NCBI GenBank assembly: GCA_964016885.1
Contig: OZ024742.1
Coordinates: 28,396,001-28,460,000, forward strand
Direction of reading: 5' to 3'
From: Eledone cirrhosa
Taxonomy: Eukaryota
Length of the DNA: 64,000 bases
Shown: piece by piece, positions 58,428 through 64,000 of the stretch
How the letters are laid out: every line of letters begins with the position of its first letter
Numbering within the stretch: position 1 is the stretch's first letter
Program-made: the position numbers and the translations under genes
The notes under the pieces: model-generated
What the model was told of the DNA's origin: nothing
The model's database searches: none
Seen by the model: the letters and a program-made list of their open reading frames with translations, nothing else

Positions 58428-58582
58428 TGTTTCTACTTTTGGCACAAGGCCAGCAATTACCCAGTGCATTACTGGTACTTTATTTTATCGACCCCGTAAG
58501 GATGAAAGGCAAAGTCAACCTCAGCAGGATTTGAGCTCAGATCGTAAAGGGACGTAACTATGCTGGAAAGCATGGCGTCCGA
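58428..58582 (-). mobile_element. SINE family B, 5'-truncated, 17-bp TSD
   Basis: TSD cccttgttagaaataac at 58411-58427 and 58583-58599. Confidence 0.9.
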
Positions 58583-59047
58583 CCCTTGTTAGAAATAACA
58601 TGTGACAACGAAGTGTTTGAAGGCTGTCTATTGTGGCGGTCACATTTAGTTTGTTCACACCAGTTTGAGGCAAAAGGACAGAATGCCTGTTGATGAAATG
58701 AATCCCCTGTTCAATCATGGAATACCACAAGATTGCGTGTTATGTAAGTTGGATAAATGATTTTGGATTCATGGAAACATATCGGACGTATTGCAGAATA
58801 TCGTCCGATCTGTCCAGGTCTGTTTTAACCTGATTAGTTCTTTCGTTGTTTTGGTATTGTATGGTTGGGTTTGGCCTACCGCAATGTTCAATTTGTCAAG
58901 CTATTTAAACGTATGTTATTACTCTAAGGACCTACCCTTATTGAGTACTTTGCTACTCATTCCTATTGTAGGTTGACTTTGCTTGGCCACAGCCAAAGCT
59001 TCGATTTTACTAAGCTTCCACTTGTATATATATATATATATACATAG

Positions 59048-59078
<31 letters not shown>

Positions 59079-59162
59079 TATATATATGTATGTATATTTA
59101 GGGTATTTATTGATGGTGAGAGTAGACTGGTTGGGGCAATAACAGTTTTATTTTCGTATATA

Positions 59163-59205
<43 letters not shown>

Positions 59206-59285
59206 TATTCCGGGTTGAATCGGAGGTAACCACAGTAAGTAAGGTACTCAATACATAGCAGAGTATAAAAGTTTTAATATAGATG

Positions 59286-59336
59286 AGATTCTACAGGACT
59301 AGAACTGTTTCATTCTTTAGAAATCATCAGGAATCT
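59286..59336 (-). ncRNA. Type-I hammerhead ribozyme motif, intact, in a TA-flanked unit of about 140 bp (59203-59340)
   Basis: Minus strand: agattc CTGATGA t TTC taaa GAA t GAAA CAG ttctagtc CTG TA gaatct; GUA triplet; 6-bp stem I. Confidence 0.8.
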
Positions 59337-59439
59337 GAATATGTGTGTATGTATATATATATACACATAAACATATATATATATATATATGTATATGTGT
59401 ATATATATATATATATACATACACACATATGTGTGTGTG

Positions 59440-59470
<31 letters not shown>

Positions 59471-60191
59471 ATGTGTGTGTGTGTGTATATGTGTGTTTGT
59501 GTGTGTGTATATATATATATATATATGTATGTATATGTATATATATATATATATGTGAGCTGAGAGAAAGACAAAGCCTAAGAGAAACCAGATGCAGTGT
59601 GTAAGAAGTGAAGACTGCATGGATAATAATGATGATGATTGTGTGAAGTAAAAAGCAACAGATCCCTGCAGAAGGAAGCTGCAGTAAACAAAGACCAAAC
59701 AAAGACCAAGGAAAACCTGAGAAGAAGTGGTGAACGCTGATCCCAGAATGTTGAAACTCATATATAAGATGAGAAAGGAACAGAATAAATAGAAGTCAGC
59801 TGTGTCGGGGAAGCCCTGTCCAACACAAGGAAATGTGGAAATAAACATAAAATGTTGATATCATCATCATCATTGTTTAACGTCTATCTTCCACGCTAGC
59901 ATGGGTTAGACGGGAATTGTCCCACTTGAGGTAAGATTGGTCAGGTGACCGTGTCTAACTCATATAGGACTATTTGGCAGATATTCTACGGATGAATACC
60001 CTTCCTAACACCAACCACATTTACAGTGTGCACAGGGAACTTTTTATCATATTTCCTACATGTTTCCTTTACAGCATGGACTGTGTGTTTTATTGTCGTG
60101 ACACATACACAACCTCATTTGTTTGGACAGGATGTTGTGGTACCAACATAACTTTACAGAGAAAGGGTGATGATATATATATATATATATA

Positions 60192-60725
60192 TGATGGCTG
60201 CCCCCTTGTTATCGAGTATGGGCATTGCACGATATACCATTATTAATAATTATTATGGATTGGCAGTAATGGTAGAAGGTTGGACGCCCTGCTTTGACGC
60301 ATAGAGTTACGTCCCTTGCCATTCTGAGTTCAAATCCCGCCGAGGTTAACTTTCATCCTTACGGGGTCGATAAAATAAATTACCAGTAATGCACTGGGTA
60401 ATTGCTGGCCTTGTGCCAAAAGTAGAAACAATTAATTAATTCTATCGTGCAATGCCTGTGCGTGAAGATATTTTTTAAAGTGAGGAAAGACTGTGCACTG
60501 AACCAATCCCACTCTCTGAGCGACAGTAGCTATAACCCGAAAAGAAGAAAAGATCAACATCATCGGTAACTACTGAGCCGCAGGTTTTATGTCGGAGTTA
60601 ACCAAGTTTCCTGAGTTGCCTTCTCCTAGAAGGAAGAATGCCCTGACAAAGGCTAGGGGCACTTCACTGCCAGTGGTTTAACCACACGATCAGGTGTCCA
60701 ACCCGACTATTTCTATGTCCCCGTG
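60192..60725 (-). mobile_element. Probable non-autonomous RTE derivative (5' UTR joined to 3' end), interrupted by SINE B (+ 60257-60432)
   Basis: tctaggagaaggcaactc resembles RTE 5' UTR motifs; the gggcattgcacgata/tatcgtgcaatgcc hairpin is split by the SINE. Confidence 0.45.
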
Positions 60726-61289
60726 CATATACATACACATGCACCCATGTATATATACATATGTACATGTGTATATACATATTTACACACTTTTATATCA
60801 TCATCATCTTCGTTAACGTCCATTTTCCACGCTAGCATGGGTTAGACATGTATATATATATATACATATATATATACATATATATATATAAAATGATGAT
60901 ACTATAGATATATAGATATAACCCATGCTAGCGTGGACGATGGACATTAAACAATGATGATGATGATGATGATTCATCTCGTTTGTGAGATTCAGCAATT
61001 TAAGATCAGCTTTCACCGTTCTTAGATTTTCCTCGGTTTTTCTATTCTGCAGCTTCCCAACAGGGATCTGTTGGCTTTATTTCACACAATCATTATGATT
61101 ATCATTATTATCCATATATATCATGTGTCCATATCAATGCAATCTTTATGTTTGCACACATCTCATTTCTCTGATGCTTAGATTTGGTTTCTTTTTTTTT
61201 TTCCCAGCTCTTATATAGATTTATTAGTAGCCAGTGGCACTGTGTCAGTCAACAACCTTTATTCCAGTTAATGCAATCAACAGGACTGC

Positions 61290-61555
61290 CTGCTGATATT
61301 ACTAACATGTAAGTGGCTGAGCAGTCAACAGACACATGTACCCTTAATGCAGTTCTCAGGGAGATTCAGTGTGACACAGAATGTGACAAAGCTGGACCTT
61401 CAAATTACAGGTTCAACTCATTTTTGCCAGCTGAGTGGACTGGAGCAAAGTGAAATAAAGTGTCTTGTTGAAGGACACAATGTCCCACCGGGAATCAATC
61501 TTATGACCTTATGATTGTGAAATGAATACCCTAACTACAAAGCCACATGCCTTCA
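61290..61555 (-). mobile_element. Older tRNA/CORE-like SINE with a different tail (related copies at about 20640-20860 and 23860-24150)
   Basis: Family A-like head plus gtacccttaa...gattcag...ttacagg body. Confidence 0.65.
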
Positions 61556-62220
61556 CACACACACACAGGAAATCCCAGGGCATGGAAGCCATAATAGAGG
61601 ACAACCAAGAAAGACCTGGGCAGAGGTTGTGAGAGCAAACCTGATATCACTATGACTGGCAGAGGAGATTGCAAAGGAATGTGATATATGGAGAGTTGCT
61701 GTGCTGAGAATGACCCACTCAGCCTATGCAAGTATGGAGAAGCAGACGTAAATACGATGATACATATATACATATATATACACATATATATACACACATA
61801 TATATCATTTTTTTTAAATTATGATTTTTCTTTACACAACAAAAAATACCACTATAAACTAACCAAAAATACACAACAAAAAATGCAAGTCCCTAGTTAA
61901 ATAAACTAAAAATTAAAACCAAAATATAAAATATAAAAAACTCATCCATACCAGAGATCCCTTATCTGGGATCTTAGTCCCCACATTATCAGAGGCATGA
62001 TACAATATATATAATGTTTCCTTACAATAACAAAATCTGACAAAACTTAACTTGAGAAGAACACAACATATAAAATATAATTCCCCTGATAAACAAAATT
62101 TAAATATATATATGTGTGTGTGTGTATGTGTATATATATGCAAGCATGGAAGATGGACGTTAAACGATGATGATGATGATGATGATATATTTATTTTATA
62201 TATATATTTAAATTAGAAAT

Positions 62221-62264
62221 GGTTTCTACAGGACTAGAAATGTTTCATTCAAATGAAATCATCA
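62221..62264 (-). ncRNA. Truncated second copy of the 59286 hammerhead
   Basis: Minus strand: aTGATGA t TTC attt GAA t GAAA cat ttctagtc ctg TA gaaacc; 5' strand of stem I missing. Confidence 0.55.
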
Positions 62265-62274
62265 TATAATCATC

Positions 62275-62599
62275 ATTTCATTTTACGTCCACTTTTCCCT
62301 GCTTGCAAGGGTGGGACAAGAACTGATTCTGCTTTGATTTCTACAGCTGGATGCCCTTCCTAACACCAACCTCATTTACAGTGCTGGGTGCTTTTTTGCC
62401 GTGGCACCTACACGACCACTTTGCAGTGGAATGATAGGGACCCCAATCCCTATCATCTCATTTCTACAGCTGAGTAAACTGGAGCAATGTGAAATAAAGT
62501 GTCTTGCTCAAGGAAACAACACATCACTCGCTCTGAGAATTGAACTCACAACCTTTTGATTGCAAGGCCAATGCTCTAACCACAAAGCCATGTGCCTCC

Positions 62600-62600
<1 letters not shown>
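62275..62600 (-). mobile_element. SINE family A, full length
   Basis: Homology to 42820-43157. Confidence 0.9.
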
Positions 62601-62639
<39 letters not shown>

Positions 62640-62712
62640 CCTGTGATTCTGAGATTGAAGAGACCACTAATTATGGGAGTACTCAATACATGGGGAGATG
62701 GAGATTGGGTGT

Positions 62713-62792
62713 AGAGATATGTAAAATCCCAACCACAGCGCCAAGCAGTTTCGAAACTGCTTGGCAGTGTGGTTGGGATTCTACATCTCTCT
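62713..62792. repeat. Near-perfect palindrome of about 80 bp centred on TTTCGAAA
   Basis: atgtaaaatcccaaccacagcgccaagcagtttc|gaaactgcttggcagtgtggttgggattctacat. Confidence 0.85.
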
Positions 62793-63235
62793 CTCTCTCT
62801 GTATATGTACATATATAAATATATAGAGAGAGAAGGTGGCAAATTGGCAAAATTATTAGTATGTAAGATATATTTCTTTATTTGCCACAAGGGCGCACAA
62901 GAAAAGGGGACAATAGAAAGACATATGGCGGGGATTTTACATACAATCGTGTAAAAAATGTTTAACATACAAATTCAACAATCGAAATCCTCAATAGGGG
63001 GGAGGCGTTACAAATGGGTTGTTTTATACCCCATAGATAGAACAACCCTCAACTCCAGGAGCATGTTGTGCAAGTGCTTCTGTCTTCCTTTTGCTCTCTT
63101 CTTCAACCTAGAGATTTATATACAGAGAAGGCCCAATCACTCGGTCCATTTTATCTACCTCTAAACCCACTCTGCATCTCCCTATGCATTGAGTACACCC
63201 TTGTCTAGTTGTCTCCCTGATCTTAGCACCACAGA

Positions 63236-63269
<34 letters not shown>

Positions 63270-63589
63270 CATACACACATACACACATATATATAAATAG
63301 GTTTCTGAAGAGAAGGTGTTTATTTTCGAGACTATTGGTATGGAGTTACATAACTATCATTGATTAGTCTACATATCAATATTTTGCTCTGAGAAATGAG
63401 TGTGAAATGATGGATTAAATACATGGTTTGTCTTAATCTTTCATTGATTAACATTATATATATAATACAGCAGGGCTTTGAGGAAACAACAGCAATAACC
63501 CAGCCATGGCATAGCACTCAATGAAAACAGCAGGAGTCATTTTTATATATTTTATTTATGTTCATGTTACTTGATTCATGTAATTTTTC

Positions 63590-64000
63590 TTCTTCTTTGC
63601 TCACTTATTCTTGAGAGTGTTTTGGGAGCAGTTTCCTCAAACACTCCTTCTAGTGGGTCCTGTCAAAAGCAACTCCCTCCAACTAATCCAGCTGGATCCC
63701 CAAGCAAGTCCAGTCAAGCTCATGAATGTTATCATATTCCATCATCATCTTTGCCCACTTATTCTTGAAAGTGTTGTGGGAGCAGTGTCCTCAAACACTC
63801 CTTCTAGTGTGTCCTGTCAAAAGCAACTCCCTCCAACTGATCTGGCTGGATCCCCAAGTGAGACCAACCAAGCTCATTGGATGTTATCCAACCATCTTGC
63901 TTGCATTCAACCCCTGGGTCTCCTGCCTGTTGGTTTTGCTCATAAAATCTGTTCAGGAATTCTTTCCTTAGACATTCTTGTCACATGTAATTTTTTGTTC
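63590..64000 (-). mobile_element. Two tandem degenerate RTE (Expander-like) 3' ends
   Basis: cacttattcttga...tcctcaaacactcctt repeated; homologous to 5462-5700 and 47130-47230. Confidence 0.7.

Noticed and set aside
60560-60725. HDV-like ribozyme at the putative RTE 5' end
   Set aside because: The nested double pseudoknot could not be built by eye; it needs a descriptor search.
63300-63345. Hammerhead-like CTGAAGA...GAGAC; also CTGANGA hits near 12668 and 35275
   Set aside because: No proper GAAA box or no stem I pairing.

Overview
This is AT-rich, microsatellite-dense animal DNA, intronic or intergenic, with no recognisable host gene. The SINE/RTE content is most consistent with an octopod cephalopod (inference). 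Almost all listed ORFs are translations of (TA)n, (CA)n, (GA)n or (ATG/GTG)n repeats. The real protein-coding signal comes from transposons: a Penelope-like (PLE) reverse transcriptase fragment, many RTE LINE copies, CR1 and R4/Dong-like 3' ends and an internally deleted DD37D (maT) mariner. Two tRNA-type SINE families, several MITEs and minisatellites are also present. The most notable signal is a Penelope/hammerhead system. At least seven type-I hammerhead ribozyme motifs occur, three with intact cores; four share a U/U pair closing stem II and two have long stem-II loops. They lie in short pLTR-like units, mostly beside (TA)n or related dinucleotide tracts. One PLE terminal repeat appears five times: as an inverted 5' cap on the RT, as TSD-flanked fold-back mini-elements and as a 208-bp perfect palindrome. 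All coordinates were read by eye, so element boundaries are approximate.
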